A stretch of DNA of 64,000 nt, from assembly GCA_047495785.1 (NCBI GenBank), contig JBLDXI010000003.1:992001-1056000 (forward strand), read 5' to 3'. The notes under the pieces were generated by a model. It saw only the letters and a program-made list of their open reading frames with translations, was not told the origin of the DNA and did not search any database. The position numbers and the translations under genes are program-made. How positions within the stretch are numbered: the first letter of the stretch is position 1; every line of letters starts with the position of its first letter. The stretch comes from Lepidodermella squamata (Eukaryota; Animalia; Gastrotricha). Below are positions 37,250 through 48,963 of this stretch, in pieces.

Positions 37250-39867
37250 ATGTTTGGCTCGTTTCAAGCGGTTCAAGCAGTACTCATTTTTCTGACTTCA
37301 ATATTGTCAGTGGGATCTGTCATTCTTATGAATTCATCCATGCCGGATTCATTCAGCATCGCAAATAAAATTTCATCGAACAGAACCGTCTTGTCTGTCA
37401 TAGCATCGATCATGTACACTGGAATGGTTCCTTTGGGTCCAACAGCGATTGTAGCAGCTCGCTTAGCCCTGCAAAAGCTTCGTGAACAGCCCAACTGGCT
37501 GCCAAACTTCGACTTGGCCTTCGATCTCATCGACGACCAGGCCGATGACGCGGTTTGCCTCTCCGCCCTAATGCAGAAACTGCTTGATCATAATGAAGCC
37601 AATGCTTACTTACCAATTGTGGCCTTGGCTGAGTATTGCAATATGGGCCAGCTAGCAGCGGCTTACATTATGCCATCTTTCAACTTACTTGGGGCAAGTT
37701 TCGCACTTCATCCATGTAACATGGTAGCATGTTAGGTCCGTAGCAAAATAGGTCCATTCCATGAGGGATTAGCTAGAATTGACGGAATGGGGAAGACGGA
37801 CCTCTTCTCTTGCCACCTCCTCAAAATAAATATTCATTTATAACTGTTGTTTAGATTGCCTACTATCCACTGGAGCCTAAAATGTACTATGAACGTTTCA
37901 AATTTCCCAACCTGGTCGCATTAGGAGAACGGCAAGATTTCATCGCAACAAGCATTGCATCAGTTGTCGAAAAAATCGGCTGGAAACGTGTTTCGATCAT
38001 AAGCGACACAAATACATACAACAACGTCATTGACGGATTCATCGTTGATGAAATGGAAGCGCGTAACATATCCATCGCCTACATGGCAAAAATTCGTGAA
38101 AATACAGAAGATATGTACGAGCTAGAGACTACTTTCGAAGAACTGCTGAAAAGGCAACCGCGAATTATATTGTTGAATGCTGTCAATAGCGTTTTGGTTG
38201 GATGCTTCCTACATCGATATGGCCTTTTCGGCCCTGGTTACGTCCATCTTCACTACTCTTGGAATGCATACAGCGAAACCTCAGAAATACCACCATCAGT
38301 GAAGCATTGGTGCACTCAGGCGATGTTGATTGACGTTTTGACATCAACTATTTTCTATGGCGATGCTTCTGTCAGCGACGTTTTCGGGCCTGAAACAACT
38401 GATTCAGTAGGCATGACTATGAAGCAGTTGTATGACATCGTATCGGCAAGCGTTGACCAGCCTGAACTCGCAGTCGGCTGGGAATACTGGATTCCGACCT
38501 ACTACGACCGTTTCATAATGATAGGGCTGATTTTGAACGAGACTGAAAATATCTTAAAAACTCGACACAACTCTACGCTAGCCGAATGGACGGCAGGTTC
38601 AGAGAAATTCCGGGAAAATGGCAATTTGATCGTCAAAAAAATGATTGAAGCATTAAGCCGCGTTAACGTTCTAGGACTGAAAGGAGATTACAGTTACAGC
38701 ATGAAAAATCACTGGTCTACCGGGAGCATGCCTATTATCTTCACGCAACTCACATTCAACGAGTTCCGAAACGAAAGCAAGTCAACAGCTATTATAAGCC
38801 ATCTAACTGGAAACCAGAAACCACAGGCAATAGTAATACATTGGGCCCTGATAAATTGGCGGACCTTTGGAAACTCCATACCAAGAGATTCTGTCATCAC
38901 GCTACCCATGCCGCAAACTCTTTTGTCCGTTACAGCTATTTCCGCAATCATCGCCATAGCTTGCCTCATTCTACTATTAAGCATGCTGATTCTCGTTCGC
39001 CAAATCCAATTGCTGGTCCAGGACAACAAGAAAATTGTTGATTACATGCCAATCGTTATCGGCGATGCCAGTCTAAGCCTGGTTACGCTAGCGTTCGGCA
39101 TTGAGTCGATAGATACAAGCCTGCTAGAGCTGTGCACTCTGCAGACCTTTTTCGCGTTCTTTGGAATCACCGCAATTTGCACCGGCTGCTATTCAAAATT
39201 GCAGCAAATGAAATTTTTAATGACAAGAATAACTATGCCGAAGCTGAAATCTTCATCTCTATTTCCCCATAGATCTTCCAGATCGAGCTTCTCAAGAAAA
39301 CGGCAGGGAGGTGGTACTAAAATGAGCCGCAGTAAATTTCAGGAAAAGGTAGCCTACGTCACGGCACCCCTTTCACTTACGCTGCTCATCATATCCTTGG
39401 CTATGGTCCGTGATGTGACTGAGATCCATCAGTTCCCAGTACTTTATTCAGGGAACGACAACAGCTTGGCCTACAAGCCGTTCGCGACATATTGCCAACC
39501 TCTGAAAGCTCTAGCTTCAAACAAAGTAACACTAGCCTTGAGTATTTTGGCATCTGCCCTCTCCATTTCTCCTATTGTTCTCAGTTTGTTCATTGCTTTT
39601 TCGTTGAATTCCTCAATCAAATCAAAAGAAGCTCACATGGGTCGCGACTTGGTTCGTGAGCTAAAACTCGTATCAGTATTCGTATATTCCCTAGTGATCG
39701 TATTCATCGCGGTGATTTTTATCGGCGTTCTGTTGGCGAATGATCCGCTATCTTTGATATATTTGATCCCTATCGCGTCAATGACGCTGTCCATCATTAA
39801 CCTCACCATGTTCTGTAAAAGCTTCACACGTTATAACCGTATAGCTTTTCATCATTCAATAAGTTGA
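37250..39867 (+). CDS. Class C GPCR, GABA-B-like, copy 2
   Basis: Paralogue of copy 1; exons 37250-37693 and 37855-39867. Confidence 0.85.
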
Positions 39868-40518
39868 ATTCTGTCAACTTCAAATATTGAAAATCTCTAA
39901 GGTAAAATCTATAAAATAACTGTGATTGTTGCTTCAGGTTACGTTGGATCGTTAGAAAGCATTTTACGGTAATTTGCATAAAGTGCACCTTTGTTACAAC
40001 GAACCTTGATGGAGCCACATAAAAGTTGTATGAGCAAAATTTCGCTATAGCAAGGGTGAATATAATAAGAGAAGCCTCTTGCGTGGCAAAAGTTTGGCTC
40101 GTTATAAACCGAAGTTCCTTATAAATAGGTATTATTATCGGTTCATAATTATCGTCTAAATAACTATGCTGATAAGAATCATAGTTTGGGCAATTGCGGG
40201 ATTCGGTTGGAAGTCATATCCTAATGCGTTTGGACTCACAAGCACTCATGATTCACCGCTAGCTATTCAACCCTTGATATGCACATTTGCGTGGATCCGC
40301 CTCCCCTGATATAATAAGTATATACCGAGTTCTATAATCAATCCGTTCCTCTGTAAATAACGATGCTGATAAGAATCACAACAAGGGGCTCGATCGAAAA
40401 GTTGCCTTACGCTAGACGCCTGTGAACCAAGGAATGTTTTCACTTCGATACTTCTTAAAAAGGTCACAGTCTGTAAAATGAACACAGTCGCGCCTTTCTA
40501 CAGTAAACTGTTGCCAGA

Positions 40519-41135
40519 ATGATTTCAGCCATTTCCGTTGTTGCTTTGGTCGTATGCAGCCTCTCAGTCACATCGGCAATGCCAGGTTTCAAAGCGGAAA
40601 GCATTTAGCAAATGTTCACGTTAATTTTTCATTTCAAGAATATGGCAAGCGTAGCGTTATAATGAATGCCGCCGCCAGGTATCAATACAATAAGGTTTTG
40701 GGCAACCTCCCGCGCTTCGTTGATCTCGCGAAGGTGAATTACGCCAATGCAAGAGAGCAGGTTCGCAGCTCTTTCATTGTCCTTGACCTGATCGCCAGAA
40801 CAGGTGATGCTGATATCAACATCGCTGGAATGACCAAGTTAATGGACAGATGGCTCAAGGATGCCTCGAATGTCCCGGGTTATAGTGGCGAGACTACTGC
40901 CCCTCGTGCTGAATTGGAGGATATTATGATGGACATTCTCGTCAGCCAATCTGCTGAACTAGAAAAATTGATCGCCAGAGGTATTCCGAAGGCTCAGGAT
41001 CTCCTCGAGCAGGTTCAAGCCACCATTAAGATGCTGAATGAATACGGCACTTTAGCATCCATAGAATTCAACCCGATCGCCGATTCTGTTTACCGGTTTG
41101 TCAGCCAGCAGAAGTATCTAATAGCGAATCCTTAA
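40519..41135 (+). CDS. Unknown secreted helical protein, copy 2
   Basis: Signal exon MISAISVVALVVCSLSVTSAMP; acceptor shifted 6 nt (exon 2 from 40639), giving EYGKRSVIMN.. Confidence 0.72.
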
Positions 41136-41406
41136 AACCAGAAACCTGATATGCTGATGACGAATGAAATGCTACTCCATCACTTACTACTAGGCCATAT
41201 TATTTGTGACGACATGAAGCTGATGAGTGACGGCCGTAGCAATAAAAGAATAATGTAACATAAGTCATTTTACCTTTTACACCTTCTGATGAATCATCGA
41301 GCTGCTCGCCGAAAATGTTGACCTCAGGTTTTTGGGAAATAGGAAAGGATAACAGATTCGATGTTCAGTCGAAAAAGTAAAACACACGCTTTTTCAATTT
41401 CAATTA

Positions 41407-43336
41407 CAGTGCTCCCTCGTTAGTGGCACCCTCCTTAAAAGAACTCCCTCGTTTGTAGACCGTAATTTTGGACCCTGCTAAATAAATTAGTTGTAAATTT
41501 TTAATTAAACAAAAAATAATTTTCTGATCAATTAAAAAAATTAAGTGTGAAAAATTTGCGTTCTTAGAAACCTAGCGGCGCGTTGCCGTGGTTTAGAGAG
41601 ATCCAGCTTTTTCAAGCTTAGTGGATACAAGTTAAAAGATCATCAGTGCATTTAGTTGTTCTTATGGATTTGAAATGAGTTTGATTATGCAACAGAGTGC
41701 GTGGATTAGCTGCTACTCAGGTCGTGCTGCGAGTGGTCCTGATTTTTCAGTTAAAATTCCATCAGAAATTACGCCAGTTCATCTGAAAACAATTAGTAAT
41801 TCGTTTCAACAAAACTATAAAAATGCCCTTCTATCTTTAACCTTCTTTATTTGCGGATTTTTCATGAGGTCAATTGCTGATCAACCAATAGACCCATTGA
41901 ATTGCCCTGATTTTTCATTATTTAGCAGTTTTCCCGGCCAGGAAATCTCTTTGAATGTTGCAGCATTATTAGCATGAATCAGGATTAAAATCGTGACTTT
42001 TTCTTAGGAAAAACTGAAACTTCGTGGTGTTTTGTTCAACTTCTGAAGTTATTTCTCAATCTTTGAATGAATCCCGCTGGAATAAACCGTGAGCCTAATT
42101 GGAAATCACTAATAAAATTCAGGTTTTCCTGGTCGAAAATTCCTGATTACTTTTCCAATCTAAAAGATTACTTTTTCAGTTTTTCAAATTTATTTCCCAG
42201 CCGTGTTGCGTAATCACGAAAAATCAAGTCCTTGTTTTCAGATCTAATTAAATTTTGATACATGAATTTATTCGCATTCGCTAATTCATCATTACACCGA
42301 TTTCATTCGCTCGAGTTCGAGTTATTGGAATTATTAGTCGATCGATGGTTGATGGGCCTGATCTACTAACATGAAAATGGATGCCACTACTTTACGATTT
42401 CATTACTCAGCGCCCTGGCAATTTTCTCGGTGTTTTCACAACTTTTAATAATTAGATTTTGACTTTAAAAAACGAAACATCCCGAGGAGGGGCGGCGGGA
42501 GCTTCTGCCCAATTTTTGTAACTGACTCTGATCTTAATTGGCCAGTCAAATGGAAATCAGATTCGCTCAGAATTAATCGAAATCAGATTAATTAATTCGA
42601 TTCGCTCGAAATACCCATCGAATCGGTGTTTCCTCTTGGCGGAACCGCACGTCTTATGCTTTGAAGTTACGAGATCCGTTATCGCTCAATGCCAGTAATT
42701 CGATGAAATTGAAAGAGTAACAGCGTAAAAATAATCGAAAATATATAATTCGTCCTAATTTTTTCACATTTAATATTAATCATTTTTTTAACGATTTCAC
42801 GAATTTTTGGCGAAGCATGAGTTCTGAATTCAACGCTTCGCGTTATAGAGAATGTTACGCTTTGCTTGTGATTTGTTTCAGAGAAATAACCGAAAAGTGA
42901 TTTCATGCCACTGGAAAATTGGCTGATTCAAAATTTGGTTCCGCTCACTGTAAATTCACGGTAAAAGGAGGAGCCATTTGTGACACCATCCTAATTTGAA
43001 GCCCCATTGACCGGGTAACGGCTTGGGATGACCAAGATTATTGAAATTTTAAGCTGTGATTTTAAATGGAATTATTTTACTATTTTAATTTAAGTTAATT
43101 TAAAAAACGCAATTTTGATTCATCGCGTTAGCGTTTAATAGCCTTCAGCGAGCAAAACTTGCGAGTACACATAATCCGTGTCCGTCTCTTTCAGCACGTT
43201 GCAATGGCAACTGTCTTAAGACTTGGCAACGGTCTATTTTTAGCTCCTGCATCCAATAACAGCCCTCGTTATAGCTTTCCCTTGTTTAAAGACCGGGTCT
43301 GGCTCCCGACCCAGTGCTTTTATCGAGGGAGCACTG
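41407..43336. mobile_element. 1.93-kb non-autonomous TA-flanked DNA transposon (Tc1/mariner-pogo-type ends)
   Basis: TA|CAGTGCTCCCTCG...CGAGGGAGCACTG|TA; no transposase ORF recognised. Confidence 0.85.
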
Positions 43337-45002
43337 TATTCGTATATTCCCTAGTGATCGTATTCATCGCGGTGATTTTTATCGGCGTTCTGTTGGCGAA
43401 TGATCCGCTATCTTTGATATATTTGATCCCTATCGCGTCAATGACGCTGTCCATCATTAACCTCACCATGTTCTGTAAAAGCTTCACACGTTATAACCGT
43501 ATAGCTTTTCATCATTCAATAAGTTGAATTCTGTCAACTTCAAATATTGAAAATCTCTAAGGTAAAATCTATAAAATAACTGTGATTGTTGCTTCAGGTT
43601 ACGTTGGATCGTTAGAAAGCATTTTACGGTAATTTGCATAAAGTGCACCTTTGTTACAACGAACCTTGATGGAGCCACATAAAAGTTGTATGAGCAAAAT
43701 TTCGCTATAGCAAGGGTGAATATAATAAGAGAAGCCTCTTGCGTGGCAAAAGTTTGGCTCGTTATAAACCGAAGTTCCTTATAAATAGGTATTATTATCG
43801 GTTCATAATTATCGTCTAAATAACTATGCTGATAAGAATCATAGTTTGGGCAATTGCGGGATTCGATTGGAAGTCATATCCTAATGCGTTTGGACTCACA
43901 AGCACTCATGATTCACCGCTAGCTATTCAACCCTTGATATGCACATTTGCGTGGATCCGCCTCCCCTGATATAATAAGTATATACCGAGTTCTATAATCA
44001 ATCCGTTCCTCTGTAAATAACGATGCTGATAAGAATCACAACAAGGGGCTCGATCGAAAAGTTGCCTTACGCTAGACGCCTGTGAACCAAGGAATGTTTT
44101 CACTTCGATACTTCTTAAAAAGGTCACAGTCTGTAAAATGAACACAGTCGCGCCTTTCTACAGTAAACTGTTGCCAGAATGATTTCAGCCATTTCCGTTG
44201 TTGCTTTGGTCGTATGCAGCCTCTCAGTCACATCGGCAATGCCAGGTTTCAAAGCGGAAAGCATTTAGCAAATGTTCACGTTAATTTTTCATTTCAAGAA
44301 TATGGCAAGCGTAGCGTTATAATGAATGCCGCCGCCAGGTATCAATACAATAAGGTTTTGGGCAACCTCCCGCGCTTCGTTGATCTCGCGAAGGTGAATT
44401 ACGCCAATGCAAGAGAGCAGGTTCGCAGCTCTTTCATTGTCCTTGACCTGATCGCCAGAACAGGTGATGCTGATATCAACATCGCTGGAATGACCAAGTT
44501 AATGGACAGATGGCTCAAGGATGCCTCGAATGTCCCGGGTTATAGTGGCGAGACTACTGCCCCTCGTGCTGAATTGGAGGATATTATGATGGACATTCTC
44601 GTCAGCCAATCTGCTGAACTAGAAAAATTGATCGCCAGAGGTATTCCGAAGGCTCAGGATCTCCTCGAGCAGGTTCAAGCCACCATTAAGATGCTGAATG
44701 AATACGGCACTTTAGCATCCATAGAATTCAACCCGATCGCCGATTCTGTTTACCGGTTTGTCAGCCAGCAGAAGTATCTAATAGCGAATCCTTAAAACCA
44801 GAAACCTGATATGCTGATGACGAATGAAATGCTACTCCATCACTTACTACTAGGCCATATTATTTGTGACGACATGAAGCTGATGAGTGACGGCCGTAGC
44901 AATAAAAGAATAATGTAACATAAGTCATTTTACCTTTTACACCTTCTGATGAATCATCGAGCTGCTCGCCGAAAATGTTGACCTCAGGTTTTTGGGAAAT
45001 AG
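43337..45002 (+). repeat. Near-identical direct duplication of 39677-41342
   Basis: Offset 3660; I noticed only one substitution (40206 G vs 43866 A). Confidence 0.95.
44179..44795 (+). CDS. Unknown secreted helical protein, copy 3 (same protein as copy 2)
   Basis: Lies within the duplication; identical ORF translation. Confidence 0.72.
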
Positions 45003-45111
45003 TGAATTCTAACCAAATTATTGAAGTCAGTACCAAATCTTTGAAGTCAGTACCAAACATTGTTTAATTGTGTATCATATAATTCCAAAAAGTTCCAAAT
45101 CCCCGATTTCA

Positions 45112-45270
45112 AGTCCTAGCCTCTAACCCTAACCTAACCATAGCCCAGCCATATCCCCTACGTTAACCCTGACCCTAGCCCTAATCCTTAATCCTAACCC
45201 TAACCCTAATCCTAACCTAACGGTCACCATAATCCCTAATCTTAACCCTAACCCTAACCATATCTCTAAC
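45112..45270. repeat. Degenerate (CCCTAA)n tract
   Basis: Repeated taaccc/taatcc units. Confidence 0.75.
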
Positions 45271-46329
45271 TCGGTTTCGCCATAGGATTTTCCTCTGGTG
45301 TTTTGGCGAAATCTTGTTCGGTGAAGAGTTCGAAAATCGAAAGCGCCTGTAAGTCAATCTCTCTAAGTTGCTATCCCTCTATTTACCTGGTGGCAAAAGT
45401 AATGAAAGTAATTCATTTGAAAATTTCCCTGCATTTAGAACGATTTTCCGATTTATCACGAAATTGCGTTTTTATCCGTGTTTTTTCGCATCTGTCCAAG
45501 GATCAATTTGTCCCCCGCCGTTACTATTATTTGTACCTTTTCTGTCGTAATGATGGATTCCGTTAATATGGAAGAAAAGTATGAATTTAAACATCTAGCA
45601 GTGGAAGAGCAAACCGCAGGTACATTGCAAAATGATGCGTTTTCCACAAACATTGACATTTATTTTATTTTCCATTTCGCCATTGTTTTCAGATCTCTCC
45701 TCGTAATGATATTATTATTGCTTTTCCGATATCTATACAAATTTTTAAGATAAAATCTGAGGAGCTATGCGTGATTTTTTTCAGGGAGACACTCATAAAA
45801 AACGGCCTATGCTATACAGAGGAAGATTACAGGTTAAACTTCTGCATCAATTGCGATAGCCAAAAATTTCGCAACTGTTTAATGGAAATAAATAATCATT
45901 AAGTTGAAAAAATTAAATTGCTTTGCTCTTCAAGAAATATAGCGCACGTATAAACTCATAAGGCTTTCAGAAAAAGTAAGGTAACAACGCAAGTTTTAAG
46001 ACGCGAAATAATTATTATGCATAGAAGGTATACAGTTTCTGATTTTTAGGCACATTATTATTTGAGTTAAAGTTATGCTTTTGTCTCTCGTCGAATATTA
46101 AACAATAAGTGAAAACGAAAGTGTTTGATTGGACGAAAAGCGATGATAGAGAAAATGAATGACACAGAAAGTTACAGAACTTCGAGACGAAAAAATTCCT
46201 GCGAGCGGCAGTGACTATTAAGAGAATTCATCGTAATACTAGGCTGTTTTTTTCCTTCAAAAGTCTTAATAATTATTTTTGGCACCGCTGAGAACAGAAA
46301 TTTAATGGTTAAGCTGTATTGCGTTGGTT

Positions 46330-48963
46330 TCACGAGCTCGCCGAACCAGCTGCTGCGCCTGCTGCCGAGCGAAGATTGCCCGAGACATAGACGGCAGCAG
46401 ATCTCCGACTTCCAAGGCCGATTCTATGCTGATGAAGAGTACCAGCGGCAGCAGTCATTACCATGCGCTCGATGCCACAATCCGGGTTGCAGAATCGAGC
46501 GATTCTGAAGTAGCCATTCTCACCCCAATGTTGGCCCCATGAGTTGTCCGCAATCTAAAATCGGTAATTTGTCACAATTTTGAAGTAAATCTTAACGCAA
46601 TTCTTACCCAATATTTGTAGGTCCGACCATTCGCAGCCGTTTCCTCTCCCCAGCCGACGACTCGGACTGAATGCAGACCCATTTGGCGGAACTGTGACGG
46701 CTTGTCATCGCTAGCTCGCGAGTATTCATAGATGCCAGATTTGTATAGGAAGAGATCTTCGCGAACGTTGAATACAGCTATCACAGGGCCGTTTCGCTTG
46801 ATTTCATACTGAATCTGCCGCTCCTCGGGCTTGATTAGCACCCAAGGCGTGGCAGTTGCTTTCCGCTCACGCGCGACATTGGCCGATTTCGGACAGGCTA
46901 CATCGCCGCGGTAATTGGGGCTTTCTCGCTGGGCGCGATGCGACTGGCGAATAAAGTCGAGGCACCACCTTTCCAAGCTGTGTTGACGTGTATAGCCAAC
47001 GGCGTCTTGGTGGGGCAGAAAGACTGGGAAACAACCCTCGGAAACGCTCCTGTAAACAACAATGAACTTTGACCCGTGTTTACAAAAATGACCTTGTTTT
47101 CGCACCCTCGTTCAGAGATAAAAAAAACCTACCACGCTTCATTGAAGCGTTTTTTATAGCTCGAGCCAGAATTTTTTGCATGAGCTAGTACGATAGCGTT
47201 AAAAACACGTTACTACCATTTTAGAGAACCCCAACCGGCTGTAATTATTTTTACTTCAAAACTCACTCGAATTGTCGCAAGAAACCGGTAGCTGCGTAGA
47301 TGTCCTTAGCAGCACAGAACGCTTCGCTAGGCTCCGTTCGGTTGTAGGCGGCCAAGCATGAAATTAAGAATTGCGGCGCGACTCGTTTTCTCAACATCTC
47401 TCGCTTGTGAATGGTCAAGCGGTCAGATAGAACAGCTGTTTACACAAACCACTAAAATTCCTGTATCAAGTTGGCAATTTTTTCAAACCTGTTGTAGAGA
47501 AGGCGTAGGAAACATTGCAATTTTGCTGATCGCGAACAGGATGTAGACCTCCTAGAGCTAACACTCTCTGCTCCTTTCTCCAGTCGAAACTTCTCTCAGG
47601 ATGGAACCGCCTCAAATCGTGATGAACTGTCTTATAGGCGTGTTCTGAGTTGCTTGGCAATAGGGTTCCCAACCGTTCGTTGAGGCCCTCTTTCAGGGTC
47701 TTGCCCCAGAAGAACGAGTAATTGGCTGCTCTCCAGCCTAATTGGCCGTTCTGGTTGAGTTCATTCACCTTGTCGATGAGGTCTGATCTCACCAAGCAGA
47801 CCTCATTGTCACATCTCCAGTTGAGAACATCACCAGTCTTGGCACATTTACTGTAGGAAAAAAACAGATTTGTTAAATAAAATGTCCGAATTTTGCGGCG
47901 GTAAAACTCCTTCAGACGAATTTCAAAAAATCATCAATGCATCTGAGGAAGAAAATGCCAAGGAAACGGCTGTCTTCAACGTTAAGTACTCAGATGAAGA
48001 GCTGAAATCTCGCCTGGAACCCGTTCAATTCTGCGTTGCTAGGGTAAGTTTGCCTTATAATACCGAAGTAATCTGTAATGAAATTGTCTTAGGAATGCGG
48101 CACAGAGCTTCCGGGAACCGGGAAGCTCCTACATGTTAAGGGAAATGGCCATTTCGCGTGCATTATTTGCTCGGCTAAGCTTTTCCATTCCGAAACCAAG
48201 TTTAATTCCGGAACTGGATGGCCGAGCTTCACGAGACCAGCCGGAGCCCTAAGATTTTTCAAGTAATGCATTTTTCATTTTTTCGGGAATTTGTCTAATT
48301 CTTGATTTTCAGGGATTATGCTATTGTTGGCCGCCCTAGGATTGAGGTGGTTTGCGGCAGTTGCGGTGCTCATCTAGGCCACGTTTTCGACGACGGACCG
48401 CAACCAGGCCAACTACGCTATTGCATCAACTCGATCTGTCTGAACTTTGTGGAAGAACCTACCACAGATTGCAATTCTGCTTGACTTCTTGATTCATTTC
48501 ATAGCGGCGCCCGTTGAACAGGCAATTGTCTAAATTGAAGAGGGAATAAATAAAATTGAGATTCAGAAATGTACATGCGTCATTTACTTTTCAATTCGCC
48601 CTTGCAGTAAGACCGGTAGTCAGGGCAGCAGTCCGAATGTTGCGGAGTCTCGCAGAATTCATCACAATAGCACGTCCAGTTGTACTTGCGAACGAACCGC
48701 GAGCAGTCGTCGACTCTCCGCGTACAGCACTGCGGAAGATGGGGCAGGCGAGCTGGGAGCTCGCAGAAAGGCTGCCCAGCGAATTCATCCAAGATATCCT
48801 GAGGCAGGTAGACTTTAACGGGCGATTCTTTGTAGTAGCCATGGTGCGACGCGCTTGTCGAGCTGGCTTGCGCCAGTACCAGCAGGGCAACGCAGCAGAG
48901 GCTTATCAGCATCGAGGCGGGCTTGTCACGAGGCAGTAATTTCAGCGATAATGCTATGTTCAT
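46330..48963 (-). CDS. TINAGL1: Tubulointerstitial nephritis antigen-like protein (somatomedin-B plus inactive cathepsin-B-like C1A domain)
   Basis: Exons ~48963-48588, 48529-48463, 47850-47489, ~47435-47267, ~47050-46608, 46554-46330. Motifs CYCDEFC..SDCCPDY; NCNLCKC; [11 protein letters not shown]; [12 protein letters not shown] (Ser at catalytic Cys); GPV; HSVRVVGWG; [15 protein letters not shown]. Confidence 0.9.
47882..48484 (+). CDS. MSRB: Methionine-R-sulfoxide reductase B (Zn-type, Cys form), nested antisense
   Basis: Exons 47882-48043, 48093-48262, 48313-48484. Motifs [50 protein letters not shown]. Confidence 0.93.

Noticed and set aside
41145-41335. Three CTGATGA motifs, two with downstream GAAA, suggesting hammerhead ribozymes
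   Set aside because: Stem II closing pairs and stems I/III could not be formed.
43159-43527. Chimeric 122-aa ORF joining transposon end to GPCR TM6-7
   Set aside because: TTG start and a by-product of the duplication junction; no evidence of function.
47495-47535. Loss of the catalytic Cys in the cathepsin-like gene
   Set aside because: Cys-to-Ser is the normal state in the TINAG/TINAGL1 family.
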